DNA of 64,000 bases from Candidatus Omnitrophota bacterium (GCA_026387235.1 JAPLMD010000042.1:3185-67184); one strand, 5' to 3'; numbered from the stretch's first letter, positions 30,626 to 40,316 are shown. The notes: generated by a model from the sequence alone, not told the origin. Numbers and translations are program-made.

Positions 30626-30692
30626 ATTATATCTCAGAAAAATATCCCGGTCAATTAATTTAGTTGCAAAAACCGGCATTTTTGAATATACT
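30626..30692. promoter_or_regulatory. Back-to-back sigma70 promoters, both apparently leaderless
   Basis: Minus: TTGACC-17-TATAAT-8-ATG(30617). Plus: TTGCAA-17-TATACT-7-ATG(30700). Confidence 0.75.
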
Positions 30693-30699
30693 ACATTTC

Positions 30700-31398
30700 A
30701 TGAAACTTTCTATCCTAATCCCGGCCTACAATGAAGAGAAATCCATTGGCTTGGTAATGCAGGAAATAAAATCATTAAACCTGTCTTCCTGTAATATCTC
30801 TGAAAAAGAAATCATACTTATCGATGACGGCTCTACTGATAAAACCGTGGAAAAAGCTACTGCCATCATCCCTTCCGCCAGAGTAATCAGGCATGTAAAA
30901 AATCAGGGCAAAGGCGCCGCGCTAATATCCGGCTTCGGCCAGGCAACAGGAGACATAATCATAATCCAAGACGCTGATTTAGAATACAGCCCTTTATCGT
31001 ATCCTGACCTATTAAAACCTATCTTAGAAAAAAACATAGACGTTGTATACGGTTCCAGGTTCCTAGGCCAGGCTCATCCTAAAGAAATGAGAATGTCATA
31101 TTTTCTTGCAAATCGTTTTGGAAATTATCTTACAAACATGCTGTGCAAAACATCTCTTACAGATTGCATGACATGCTTTAAGGTTTTCAAAAAACATGTG
31201 CTCCTGGGAATTACTTTTGAATCCAAAGGTTTTGGAATAGAGCCTGAGATCACCGCTAAAATAACCAAAGCAGGGTTTAAGATAAAAGAAACTGCTGTCC
31301 CATATAAAGCAAGGACATTCAAGGAAGGGAAAAAATTCAAAAGAGTTTATTCTCTGGGCGTCCTGTGGGCTATAATCAAATACTCGCTTATCGCCTGA
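30700..31398 (+). CDS. GT2 glycosyltransferase (DPM1-like)
   Basis: SILIPAYNEE, DDGSTD, NQGKGAA, QDADLEY, VYGSRF. Confidence 0.92.
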   Translation: MKLSILIPAYNEEKSIGLVMQEIKSLNLSSCNISEKEIILIDDGSTDKTVEKATAIIPSARVIRHVKNQGKGAALISGFGQATGDIIIIQDADLEYSPLSYPDLLKPILEKNIDVVYGSRFLGQAHPKEMRMSYFLANRFGNYLTNMLCKTSLTDCMTCFKVFKKHVLLGITFESKGFGIEPEITAKITKAGFKIKETAVPYKARTFKEGKKFKRVYSLGVLWAIIKYSLIA

Positions 31399-31399
31399 A

Positions 31400-31684
31400 T
31401 CAAAAGAACCCTTTTGCTTTAATAAATCCTACTACCTTTTTGTAATCCTCTAGATCTATAAATATCAAATCCGGCCTTTTCTCTTTGATTTTTCTTATTT
31501 CTTTGCTCCGCGAAGCAATGTATTTAAAATCAGTCCCGCATTTTGAGCAAGAAGCGGCCGTAGAATAATTTATCCCAAGCTCCCTGCAATTGGAACAGTC
31601 AGCGCTTGTCAGGCCTACTATCAAAAGATGGCCCTCAATATCTTTTATATCAACTTCTTTCCATACCCTTATCAATTCATTCAT
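31400..31684 (-). CDS. Small Zn-ribbon hypothetical protein
   Basis: CSNC and CSKC pairs; ATGA overlap with the upstream gene. Confidence 0.7.
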   Translation of the reverse strand: MNELIRVWKEVDIKDIEGHLLIVGLTSADCSNCRELGINYSTAASCSKCGTDFKYIASRSKEIRKIKEKRPDLIFIDLEDYKKVVGFIKAKGFF

Positions 31685-33291
31685 AGCACCCCCATCTCAT
31701 TTAGAATCCTATTTATGCTTTTTATAACATCCTGATCGTTTGTAAATTTTAAGGCATTACTTAAACACTCTTTTGCGTCTATGTATTGTCTGTTAGCGAG
31801 GTAAACGTTACTCAGATTTACGTAAGCCTCGAAAAACTCCGGATTCATTTCTATAGCTTTTTTATAATAACCTACGGATCTTTCTATGTCTCTAAAGTGG
31901 AACCAATATTCACCAAGCCTGTAATAAGCCTCTGGATATTCGGATTTAAGTTTTAAGGCAATGCTGTACTCCCTTAATGCTCCTTCATATCTTTGCGCCT
32001 TGAAATAATATACCCCCAGCGTATAATGTGCCCTTGCTTTGTAAGGGCTTTTTTTAACCGCATCCTCCCATAAAGAAATTTCTGTCTTCCATACCAGATT
32101 CCTGGAATATGCGGTAATAGAATAGGCTGCGATCAAAGCAATAAGGAATCCTATCCACCATCTTTTGTTAATCTTCAGATTATTCGCAATGTTAAGGCTT
32201 AATGCCGGCAAAATAAGGCTATATCCAAACAAGGGCAGGTATAAATAGTGCTCAAAAAAAATGTCCTCTAAAAATACCAGGGTAGTGATTGAAAGCGTAA
32301 GGTAAAACCAGCTGATAGCAAATGATATTAAAGGATTACGCTTAAAACTAAATACGCATATTGCGATCAAAGACAACAGGATAATCAAACTGCCTGAGGT
32401 TAAAATAAGGTCTGCAAAAAATATGCTCCACGTGAAATCATATTCGAGGCTCTGATTGATTGGAAAAGCCATAAGCAACAAGGATTTTATCAGCATCCTT
32501 ATTTTTGTGCAGTAATAAGGGATATAATATTCGGTAAACCTTATACTTATAGTCCCGCTTTGGCTTTCTAATTTAGTAATCATAATAGGCGCTAAAATAA
32601 ACAATAAGATTGGAATAAGGTATTTCAAAGAAGATTTCAATTCATTCATATCCTTGCTTAAAAAACATATCTCGTAAATTAGTATGGCTGCAGGAAGAGT
32701 CAGGGAGGTTTCTTTTGTCAGGGAACACAATGTCATTGATACAAAACAGAGTATATAAAACAACCAGCCTAGTTTTTTCCCGCCGCCATTTATCTGGATT
32801 AATCTGAATTTTGCATACAAAAATATTGAAAGAAAGTAAAACATGCCTGCCATTGATTCTCCCCTTTGCCATATGTAAGTAACAGATCCTGTCTGTATCG
32901 GATGAATTGCGAATATCATTGATGAAAAAAATGCAAGTATCAGGCTATGCTGCGCAAGATTCTGTTTTTTCAGCCTGGGGGAATTGAAGATAATCAAGCT
33001 TAAAGCGAAAACCAGCAAAGAAGATATGATATGGATGATTAAATTAACAAGATGATAGCCGAATACATTATATTTGCCGAAATAATAATTAGCAGCAAAG
33101 GTAAAATAAAGCAGAAACCTGCTCTTTGAATACTGGAATATGTTTCCGATATCCAGATTTTCTATTACCTTCTGGCCTGCTATTCGTTTTACATCATCAA
33201 ATTGAAACGGGGTATTGATACCAGGCAGATAAATAATTGATAAGGTTGCTGCTATAATTAAAATTGCAAAAGGAATAGATAAATGTTTCAT
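31681..33291 (-). CDS. TMTC-like multi-TM glycosyltransferase with C-terminal TPR
   Basis: FQFDD, YHLVNL.IH, FAIHPIQT.SVTYI, KE, EHYLYLP, RN.VW, TPR repeats. Confidence 0.85.
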   Translation of the reverse strand: MKHLSIPFAILIIAATLSIIYLPGINTPFQFDDVKRIAGQKVIENLDIGNIFQYSKSRFLLYFTFAANYYFGKYNVFGYHLVNLIIHIISSLLVFALSLIIFNSPRLKKQNLAQHSLILAFFSSMIFAIHPIQTGSVTYIWQRGESMAGMFYFLSIFLYAKFRLIQINGGGKKLGWLFYILCFVSMTLCSLTKETSLTLPAAILIYEICFLSKDMNELKSSLKYLIPILLFILAPIMITKLESQSGTISIRFTEYYIPYYCTKIRMLIKSLLLMAFPINQSLEYDFTWSIFFADLILTSGSLIILLSLIAICVFSFKRNPLISFAISWFYLTLSITTLVFLEDIFFEHYLYLPLFGYSLILPALSLNIANNLKINKRWWIGFLIALIAAYSITAYSRNLVWKTEISLWEDAVKKSPYKARAHYTLGVYYFKAQRYEGALREYSIALKLKSEYPEAYYRLGEYWFHFRDIERSVGYYKKAIEMNPEFFEAYVNLSNVYLANRQYIDAKECLSNALKFTNDQDVIKSINRILNEMGVL

Positions 33292-33297
33292 ATAATT

Positions 33298-33331
33298 AAA
33301 AAGCCCCTCTGCCATTTTATGACAGAGGGGC
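33298..33331 (-). terminator. Intrinsic terminator after the csp gene
   Basis: GCCCCTCTG/CAGAGGGGC stem followed by T5. Confidence 0.8.
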
Positions 33332-33354
33332 AAAGGTAGCTATTTTTTTTAAAC

Positions 33355-33558
33355 TTATGATAATTTAGTCACGTTAGCTGCCTGTTCTCCTTTTGGTCCC
33401 TGGACAATCTCAAACTCTACTTCTTGGCCTTCCTGTAAAGTCTTATAACCTTCCCCCTGTATGGCCGTATGATGCACAAATACATCTTTACCATCTTCAG
33501 GAGTGATAAAGCCATAGCCTTTTTGATTGCTGAACCATTTCACTTTTCCTTTCGGCAC
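33355..33558 (-). CDS. Cold-shock domain protein
   Basis: GKVKWF..KGYGFI, DVFVHH; GTG start, SD AAGGAGG, upstream TTGACA-17-TATAAT. Confidence 0.96.
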   Translation of the reverse strand: MPKGKVKWFSNQKGYGFITPEDGKDVFVHHTAIQGEGYKTLQEGQEVEFEIVQGPKGEQAANVTKLS

Positions 33559-33633
33559 CTTTACTACCCTCCTTCCATAAAATTTGTTTAATTATACCTC
33601 ACTAAACCAATTTTGTCAATACCGGCCGAGAGA

Positions 33634-34350
33634 TTATTTGTCATCAGGAAGCTCTTCAACCGCCTTTTCTTCGTAATCATGGAATATGCTTCTTGTTTTT
33701 ATATTGTGATCTTTTTCAATAGTTTCCAGTCTCTGCTCCAATTCATGCTGCATTTTGAGCATAATTTTTACAACGTCTGCTATCGGATCAGGCAGATTTC
33801 CATGCTCAAAATCCAGCTCTAATTTTTCAGCAGTTTTCTTTTTGACTATTTTACCAGGCACGCCGACTACAGTCGCGCCCGGCGGAACATCTTTTACGAC
33901 AACAGATCCGGAGCCTATTTTTGCGCCGTCTCCTATTTTTATAGGTCCCAGGACGCAGGCATTGGATCCTACCACCACGTTCCTGCCAAGCGTGGGATGG
34001 CGTTTTCCTCTTTGAAGGTTCGTGCCTCCCAGCACAACTCCTTTATAAATCAGGCTATCGTCTCCAATCTCTGCAGTCTCTCCTATTACTACGCCCATGC
34101 CATGGTCTATAAACACGCGCCTTCCTATATTTGCGCCGGGATGAATCTCTACTCCTGTAACAAATCTTGCAAAATGAGAAACCATCCTCGCAATTATATA
34201 CATCTTTCTATTGTATAAAAAATGCGCTATCCTGTAAAGCCACAGAGCGTGAATGCCCGGATAGCAAAAAATAACCTCCAGGCTGCTCCTCGCCGCAGGG
34301 TCTTTCTTCATTGCAGATTTTATATCTTCCACGATTCTGCCTAAAAACAT
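33634..34350 (-). CDS. cysE: Serine O-acetyltransferase
   Basis: DPAA, YPG, EIHPGA.IG, IDHGMG, KRHPT, VGVPG. Confidence 0.95.
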   Translation of the reverse strand: MFLGRIVEDIKSAMKKDPAARSSLEVIFCYPGIHALWLYRIAHFLYNRKMYIIARMVSHFARFVTGVEIHPGANIGRRVFIDHGMGVVIGETAEIGDDSLIYKGVVLGGTNLQRGKRHPTLGRNVVVGSNACVLGPIKIGDGAKIGSGSVVVKDVPPGATVVGVPGKIVKKKTAEKLELDFEHGNLPDPIADVVKIMLKMQHELEQRLETIEKDHNIKTRSIFHDYEEKAVEELPDDK

Positions 34351-34384
34351 TTTTCACCATCCCAACCGCGTAGATTTTTTACGA

Positions 34385-35539
34385 CTATTTAGGTAGCGTA
34401 AAGTAAAACTGGCTTCCTTTTCCTAGTTCGCTTTTCACCCATATCCTGCCGTTATGTAAACTAATTATATCTTTTGCTATTGGCAAGCCCAGTCCAGTCC
34501 CTTCTTTTTTTTCAGCGGTAACACGGATAAACTTATCGAATATCTTATCCAGGTTATCAGGCGCCAAGCCCTCGCCTGCGTCTGATATCTCTACCATTAT
34601 TTCTTTCTCCAGGTTAACGGTTTTTACCATAATATTTTTAAATTCGGGCGTATATTTTATCGCATTGCTTAGAAGATTTATAAATGCCTGCGTTACCTTG
34701 TCTTTATCGGCGTTAATCTTTGGCAAATCCCTGGCTAGATCTTTCTGCAATATCTGTTTCTTATCTTTTATTATCTTATCAAAAATCTCTAAATTTTCTT
34801 CTATTATTTTATTCATCTCAATGGGTTCTTTTTTTAATTCCATTTTTCCGGATTCTATCTTTGATATGTCCAGGAGATCATTTACAAGCCTTGATAGCCT
34901 GTTGACTATATTTATAGCGCTGTCGAGCATTTCTTTTTGAGTGGGCGCAACCGGGCCAAGCCCTCCTTTATTGACAATGTCCACGTTGCCTTTTATGATC
35001 ATCAGCGGAGTCCTGAATTCATGCGCCACGTTTGCTACAAAGTCTGATTTTATTTTATCGAGCTGCTGTAATTTTCTATTTGCCGCCTCAAGCTCCACTT
35101 TCTTAGCGGCTATTTCTTTTTGCAGGCGCTCTCTTTCTTTTGCGGCGCGGAACGCAGCCATCGCGTTATGCATAATAATGGGAAGTCCTTCTTCAAATCC
35201 CTTTTCCCGTATTACGCAATCATACGCTCCTTCGCGGATTGCTTGAGGCGCGAATTCTTTATCCACGACATCCGCCAGCATGATAACAGGGCCCGATAGT
35301 TCTTTATATTGTAAATCTGCAAGTATTTCCAAACCATTTAAACCGGTAAGATTATACGAAAGAAGTATGATGTCAAATTTTTCATCTTCTACTTTCCTGA
35401 GGATATTCTCCTCTACCTGAGGCCAGGATATATCGTAAGATATGCCGGACACTTTTGAAAGCGCGCCCTTTATCTTCAATATATTAGCACTGGCAAAATC
35501 CACTATTAATACTTTAATAATCTGGCTTTCCAGATGCAT
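34385..35539 (-). CDS. Histidine kinase with N-terminal pseudo-receiver domain
   Basis: AHEFRTPL, NLLSNAIKY, D.GEG, GTGLGL; REC has Ser at the phospho-Asp position (IILLSYNL). Confidence 0.9.
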   Translation of the reverse strand: MHLESQIIKVLIVDFASANILKIKGALSKVSGISYDISWPQVEENILRKVEDEKFDIILLSYNLTGLNGLEILADLQYKELSGPVIMLADVVDKEFAPQAIREGAYDCVIREKGFEEGLPIIMHNAMAAFRAAKERERLQKEIAAKKVELEAANRKLQQLDKIKSDFVANVAHEFRTPLMIIKGNVDIVNKGGLGPVAPTQKEMLDSAINIVNRLSRLVNDLLDISKIESGKMELKKEPIEMNKIIEENLEIFDKIIKDKKQILQKDLARDLPKINADKDKVTQAFINLLSNAIKYTPEFKNIMVKTVNLEKEIMVEISDAGEGLAPDNLDKIFDKFIRVTAEKKEGTGLGLPIAKDIISLHNGRIWVKSELGKGSQFYFTLPK

Positions 35540-35570
35540 AGCTACCTCTGAATAAGGAATTAATAATTCG

Positions 35571-36473
35571 TCAAACCAATGCCCTTATTTTATCTATATA
35601 CCTAAGGGTTTCTTCTTCTCCTGTTTTTACAAAATTTTTTACCAGATAAAAGTCTGTAGAGGCTGCGTCGCTCAGGACAGGATGAAGGCTTACATTAGCT
35701 CTGCAGCAGCTTATCTCTGCCAGGCTGTATTCCATTGCCTGCATGCTGGTCATTATAACGTCAAATATGTTAGGAGTAAAAATCTTTTTGAAAAATCTCG
35801 TCAAATGAACGCATATCTGCTCATCCAAAGACCCCTGCCTCATTATATTTTCCTCTTCCTTTTCAATCTCTTTTAAAGCCATGTTTCTCTCGCATATATT
35901 CCTCGGGCCGGGCAGAACATTTACTGCTATCACTTTCGCCGCCCCATTTTTAAAAAGCGTGTCCACAGGCACCGGATCCAATATGCCTCCGTCCACAAAC
36001 ATCTTTCCGTCTTCCATTACAGGCTGGAATATTCCGGGCACGGCAATACTTTTATAGACAGCGTCCAGAAGCCTGCCGCTATCTATCGTAACGGTTTCTC
36101 TATTTACCAGATCGTAAGATATTATTTTAACCGGTATCTTAAGGTCCTCAAACATCCTGTCTCCCAGGATAGCTCTTAAAAATCTTTTCAATCTCTTGCC
36201 CGCAAGTATTCCGGATACAGGGAAAGTAAAATCCAGGAGCCTCATGATGTTAAGTTTTCTTTTAAGCTTCCCGGAAATGTCTTCTATTTCCTTAGAGCTG
36301 AGGCCGATACCCCACATCGCAGCTATGAGGGCGCCCATGCTTGCGCCTGAAACAATGCCTATTGGTATCTTTTCTTTTTCCAGCACGCGCAAAACGCCTA
36401 TGTGAGCCAGGCCGAAAGCAGCTCCGGAACCCAGCGCAAGCCCTATTATATTTTTATTATCCGCATTCTCCAT
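35571..36473 (-). CDS. Patatin-like phospholipase
   Basis: LALGSGAAFGLAHIGV, GASMGA, DGG. Confidence 0.92.
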   Translation of the reverse strand: MENADNKNIIGLALGSGAAFGLAHIGVLRVLEKEKIPIGIVSGASMGALIAAMWGIGLSSKEIEDISGKLKRKLNIMRLLDFTFPVSGILAGKRLKRFLRAILGDRMFEDLKIPVKIISYDLVNRETVTIDSGRLLDAVYKSIAVPGIFQPVMEDGKMFVDGGILDPVPVDTLFKNGAAKVIAVNVLPGPRNICERNMALKEIEKEEENIMRQGSLDEQICVHLTRFFKKIFTPNIFDVIMTSMQAMEYSLAEISCCRANVSLHPVLSDAASTDFYLVKNFVKTGEEETLRYIDKIRALV

Positions 36474-36484
36474 ATTCTAAATAT

Positions 36485-36607
36485 AAAAAAAGAAGCCGAT
36501 AAAGATTAGTCGCTTAGCGCGATCCGGCTTGGCCTTATATTAAGGCATCTCTTTGTAACTTTATCGGCTTCATTATTGAGTATATCACATTTTTTAAGCA
36601 AATTCAA
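36485..36607 (-). promoter_or_regulatory. Promoter plus structured attenuator-like leader upstream of patatin
   Basis: TTGAAT-17-TATACT; 13-bp stem GAAGCCGATAAAG/CTTTATCGGCTTC followed by T7; 12-codon uORF 36573-36535. Confidence 0.65.
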
Positions 36608-36615
36608 GCCGTCGT

Positions 36616-36996
36616 CTAACTTACTATTTTATAGACTACGTCGTGTTCCCTAACCTTTGATTTTACCTTTAACCCTATCTCCATACCCTTTTCCGCATTT
36701 TGTATCGGCGCGTGGTCAAGCTGGATAGATTGCACCTTTTCCTTAAAATCAGACGTATGGCCTTTTATGACAATGTTATCTCCCACGGAAAGAGTGCTCT
36801 TCGTAAGTTTTACGACAGCTGCATCTACTTTTGGAAAATAATGGGTTATTATACCTGCTTCTTCGAGAGATGCGCCGCTGGGTATAGATGAAGCCTTTTT
36901 TAGTGCCTTTGCCAGGGGCTTCTTCTTGGCAACGGTTTTCTTCTTTGCCTTTTTTACAGGCTTTCTAATTACCTTCTTGGTTTTCTTTTTCTTCAT
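36616..36996 (-). CDS. Translation-factor-like beta-barrel protein (U32 C-terminal-like) with Lys-rich N-terminal tail
   Basis: ITHYFPKV.AAV, GD.I.IKGHTSDF, IGLKV..KVREHD.VY. Confidence 0.75.
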   Translation of the reverse strand: MKKKKTKKVIRKPVKKAKKKTVAKKKPLAKALKKASSIPSGASLEEAGIITHYFPKVDAAVVKLTKSTLSVGDNIVIKGHTSDFKEKVQSIQLDHAPIQNAEKGMEIGLKVKSKVREHDVVYKIVS

Positions 36997-37007
36997 GCTT
37001 CACCTCC

Positions 37008-37160
37008 CAAAATTTTGTGAAACAAAATTTTGATCCCGAGTGACCCTAATTATTTTCCATCGGGTCGCGAGGGACCCTTGTCTTTCGCTACTTGTTTTGT
37101 GCAACAAAATTTGATCCCGAGGCCGCCTCGCCATCAAAGGTGGCGGGTGAGACGAGGGGC
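37008..37160. repeat. Family A copies A4 (37008-37076, abuts SD) and A5 (about 37095-37160) in tandem
   Basis: A4: AAAATTTTGT-GAA-ACAAAATTTT GATCCC-GA-GTGACCC...GGGTCGC-GA-GGGACC. A5: TTTTGT-GCA-ACAAAA TTTGATCCCGAG...CGAGGGGC. Confidence 0.85.
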
Positions 37161-38104
37161 GATTTTTTATATAAAAACTCTCCGAACATTTTGCTGTGTT
37201 TTGTCCATGACGAATCAAGGTCATTGTATGTCTTTACAAAATGCCGGAATCCGTTTATCTTTGCGTCCAGGTTATCTATGTGATGCAGGATGATCGCCTC
37301 GAAGCACATGGGCCTTTTAGGCGAACCCCATTCATGTTCTCCGTGATGGCTGAGTATTATATGCAGAATAAGATTTTTCAATTCTTCCGGAAAATCCTGG
37401 ATCTTATCAATTGCCGCGCTTACGATATTTACGCCCAGGACTATGTGGCCTATCAGCCTGCCTCTATCCGTATAATAAAAACTTCTTTTATACGCAAGTT
37501 CTTCTATCTTCCCTATGTCGTGGAGAGCTGTGCCGCATAAAAGAAGGTCGATATTTATATTCTCGTATTTTAAAGATATCGTTCTTGCAAGTTGAACGCA
37601 CGCGAGCGTATGCTCAACAAGCCCGCCTATGTACGGATGATGAAAATCACTGGCAGCAGGCGCTGTTTTGAATTTTTCAGATATGCCTTTATCGGAGAAC
37701 ACGTTATGTATTAAGACCTTAAGATAGGGATTTTTGATTGATTCCATTTCAGATAAAAAATCTTTAAACATCTGATTTCTGTTTTTATCTGAAACCGGTA
37801 CATACAGCGAAAGATCTACGGATTCCTCGTTTATCTTTTCTATGGATTCCAGTTTTAATTGCGGATAGTTTTTGTAGAATTCTACCTTGCCCCTTATTTT
37901 TATAAAATCATCTACGATAAAAGAATCAAATAAAGACTTTAAGGCGTCCCATTTCCTGCAATCCACCATGCCTGTCCTGTCGGAAAGTTCGAGCGATATG
38001 TATGGATTACCGTTCTTGGTGATGTCGAAGGATTTTTCTCTTACAAGATAAACCGACTCTACTATCTCTCCTTCTTTCAAATCGCTTATAAACCTGTGAG
38101 CCAT
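37088..38104 (-). CDS. yhaM: OB-fold/HD 3'-5' exoribonuclease (YhaM/Cbf1-like)
   Basis: TKNG.PY..L.L.D.TG, PAA..HH...GGL.EH, LHDIGK, SHHG..EWGSP, D.LDA. Confidence 0.88.
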   Translation of the reverse strand: MAHRFISDLKEGEIVESVYLVREKSFDITKNGNPYISLELSDRTGMVDCRKWDALKSLFDSFIVDDFIKIRGKVEFYKNYPQLKLESIEKINEESVDLSLYVPVSDKNRNQMFKDFLSEMESIKNPYLKVLIHNVFSDKGISEKFKTAPAASDFHHPYIGGLVEHTLACVQLARTISLKYENINIDLLLCGTALHDIGKIEELAYKRSFYYTDRGRLIGHIVLGVNIVSAAIDKIQDFPEELKNLILHIILSHHGEHEWGSPKRPMCFEAIILHHIDNLDAKINGFRHFVKTYNDLDSSWTKHSKMFGEFLYKKSPLVSPATFDGEAASGSNFVAQNK

Positions 38105-38183
38105 GTCTGAATTATATACCTAACATAATTTGTTTTCAACAAAAAATATAATTAACGCTGGCCATGGCCAGCTAGCTATATTC

Positions 38184-38831
38184 TTATTTTTGATTAGAAT
38201 AGAAATCCTTTATAACTTGCACTGCTTCAGACGGTTCATCTACGATAGAAAATATATCCAGATCTTCTTCTGATATGTATCTTCCCTTGAGCATAGATTT
38301 TTTGACCCAATCTATCAGGCCTCTCCAATATACGCCTCCCATCAGCACAACAGGAAATTTGTCTATCCTTTGAGTCTGAATAAGTGTTATGGTTTCAAAA
38401 AATTCATCCATTGTTCCAAATCCGCCTGGAAATATCACTGATGCTTTTGCGTATTTTAAAAACATTACTTTCCTGCAGAAAAAATACCTGAATTCCACAA
38501 GTTTTGTTATAAAACTGTTCGGCTTCTGCGCCACAGGCACCTGTATGTTAAGGCCTATAGAGGCAACGCCTGCTTTTTTAGCGCCTTTATTAGCCGCCTC
38601 CATTATGCCCGGGCCTGCGCCCGTAATTATCGCATAACCGTCTTTGGCCAGCAAGAACGCGCTCTCTTCTGCTAATTTATAATATTTATCGCTTGGTTTT
38701 GTCCTGGCTGAGCCGAATATGGTAACAGCAGGGCCTATCTTGGCAAGTTCCTCAAAACCTTCCACAAACTCAGCCATAATCCTGAATATGCGCCACGGGT
38801 CCTGCGTGGTAAAATCATCTCTTCTAAGCAT
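38184..38831 (-). CDS. LOG family protein (TIGR00730-like)
   Basis: FGSAR, GPGIMEAANKG, FRYFF.RK, PGGFGTMDE. Confidence 0.92.
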   Translation of the reverse strand: MLRRDDFTTQDPWRIFRIMAEFVEGFEELAKIGPAVTIFGSARTKPSDKYYKLAEESAFLLAKDGYAIITGAGPGIMEAANKGAKKAGVASIGLNIQVPVAQKPNSFITKLVEFRYFFCRKVMFLKYAKASVIFPGGFGTMDEFFETITLIQTQRIDKFPVVLMGGVYWRGLIDWVKKSMLKGRYISEEDLDIFSIVDEPSEAVQVIKDFYSNQK

Positions 38832-38839
38832 AAATCCTC

Positions 38840-39625
38840 CTATTCTATCCCTTTATTCATGTAATCGCTAAAATCAACTTCGCCTGCAAGTTCCTGCTTG
38901 ACCATGCGTATGCGGTCTGCGACATATGGATGAGAGCGGTAACTGGTATATGGCCTTATGGGCTCAGTTTTATCCGCTTCCTGAAGCTTTTTAAGAAGGC
39001 TCACGACTGCCCACGGGTCATAACCTGCTTCTTTTAAGTATTTTATTGCCAGTTTATCAGCCAGCGCCTCGTCTTCTCTTGAATAAGACATGATCAACTG
39101 GCCGAATGCGGCGTCAATACGGCCTGCGTCCGGCCTCCCTGCTCCCGTAACAGCCATTAATATCTGGAGTATATTATAACCTACTCCTCCCTGGAGCCTC
39201 TTTATTGAATGCTTCGCTACCACGTGCGCTATTTCATGGGCAATGACTGCGGCAAGCTCATCGTCTTTGGAAACCTTGTCCACAAGGCCTTTGAAGACAA
39301 ACACGTATCCTCCCGGCAAAGCAAACGCATTCACGTCATCCTTATCTATAACCCTGAACGTATAGCTCACCTCTTTTCTGCCGCTGATAGATGCGATCCT
39401 TTGGCCGACCTCATTGACGCGCTCTGTCATCAGCGGATCAGGATCCAGTTTTATCTCTTTGCTTTTTTCAATGCTCTCGGCAATACTTTTCCCCATATTC
39501 ACTTCTTTCTGGGTATCTACAAAAATAATGTCTTCTTTGCCGGTAGCGGTATTATATTCCTGCGTAGCGCAGCCTGACACGGCGCTCATTATAAATAATA
39601 TAAAAATAATGGCTACGTTCTTCAT
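38840..39625 (-). CDS. M48 family metallopeptidase lipoprotein
   Basis: Lipobox VSGC, NAFALPGG, HEIAH, YSREDE..AD, SHP. Confidence 0.92.
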   Translation of the reverse strand: MKNVAIIFILFIMSAVSGCATQEYNTATGKEDIIFVDTQKEVNMGKSIAESIEKSKEIKLDPDPLMTERVNEVGQRIASISGRKEVSYTFRVIDKDDVNAFALPGGYVFVFKGLVDKVSKDDELAAVIAHEIAHVVAKHSIKRLQGGVGYNILQILMAVTGAGRPDAGRIDAAFGQLIMSYSREDEALADKLAIKYLKEAGYDPWAVVSLLKKLQEADKTEPIRPYTSYRSHPYVADRIRMVKQELAGEVDFSDYMNKGIE

Positions 39626-39693
39626 ATAGAATAAGTTTATGCTAAAAACATGTCCTCGTCAAATATATTTTATCGGAAGCGCCTTATTTAATA

Positions 39694-40065
39694 TTACATT
39701 ATTTCTACGGAAACTTCTGCAAGGCCTTTTTCCAGGTCAGCTATTTTGGAAAAAGCTGTTTTTGTAAGGTCTATCGCGCGGTTTAATCTCTTGGCAGGGC
39801 CTCTATCGTTTACCCGGACAATAACAGACTTGTCATTTTCCATATTTGTTACCTTTAATATAGTGTTAAACGGCAGGTCCCACATAGCGCACGTAAGCTG
39901 GGAATCATTAAATGTTTCCATATTGGCTGTTGTTAGAAGAATTCCCGGGTCTTTCTGGGAATACCAGGACGCCTTGCCTTTAATGACAATGGAACTGGTT
40001 CCTGCCTCCTTTAAAGAAAAAACCACAGCTATAAGAACTATCAACATAACTGCGGCTTTCTTCAT
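39694..40065 (-). CDS. RlpA-like DPBB-domain protein
   Basis: GKASWY, TAN.E.F, LPFNT, VRVNDRGP, IDL. Confidence 0.88.
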   Translation of the reverse strand: MKKAAVMLIVLIAVVFSLKEAGTSSIVIKGKASWYSQKDPGILLTTANMETFNDSQLTCAMWDLPFNTILKVTNMENDKSVIVRVNDRGPAKRLNRAIDLTKTAFSKIADLEKGLAEVSVEIM

Positions 40066-40081
40066 CTTGAGACCCTCGAAT

Positions 40082-40118
40082 AAAAAAACCTATCCGGCCC
40101 TTGGCAGAATAGGTTTTT
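40082..40118 (-). terminator. Intrinsic terminator of the second riboswitch
   Basis: AAAAACCTATTCTGCC-aag-GGCCGGATAGGTTTTTTT. Confidence 0.82.
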
Positions 40119-40217
40119 AAATTTCGGTAATCCAGCCACCTTAATCCCGCGCTCGCAGAATCTTAGGCCTGTGACTTTGCGCCCCGCTCTTTCGAGCGGT
40201 TTGCCTTTGTCGTAATA
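40119..40217 (-). ncRNA. c-di-GMP-I riboswitch upstream of the RlpA-like gene
   Basis: AGGCAAACCGCTC-GAAA-GAGCGGGGCGCAAAGTCACAGGCCTAAG...GGTGGCTGGATTACCGAAA. Confidence 0.92.
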
Positions 40218-40272
40218 CTATTCAGTTGTCTCTAGTTATAAGTATGCCTCATTTTTTGGAAAAAACAAGGGC

Positions 40273-40305
40273 TGGCGCGAAGCGAACGCAGTGAGCTTCG
40301 CGCTA
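40273..40305. repeat. Tandem-GA / GNA-triloop hairpin
   Basis: GCGCGAAGC-GA-AC-GCA-GT-GA-GCTTCGCGC. Confidence 0.75.
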
Positions 40306-40316
40306 AAACATATTTA

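Noticed and set aside
36535-36573. uORF as a cysteine attenuator for the downstream cysE
   Set aside because: The peptide has no Cys codons and no run of any amino acid.
37008-37160. Family A copies as a CRISPR mini-array (constant flanks, variable middle)
   Set aside because: Copies are dispersed, flanks are not identical, the variable part is closed by its own stem, and no cas genes are in the window.
38157-38172. Short perfect palindrome GCTGGCCATGGCCAGC
   Set aside because: Single copy, no T-tract or GA features; too little to assign a function.
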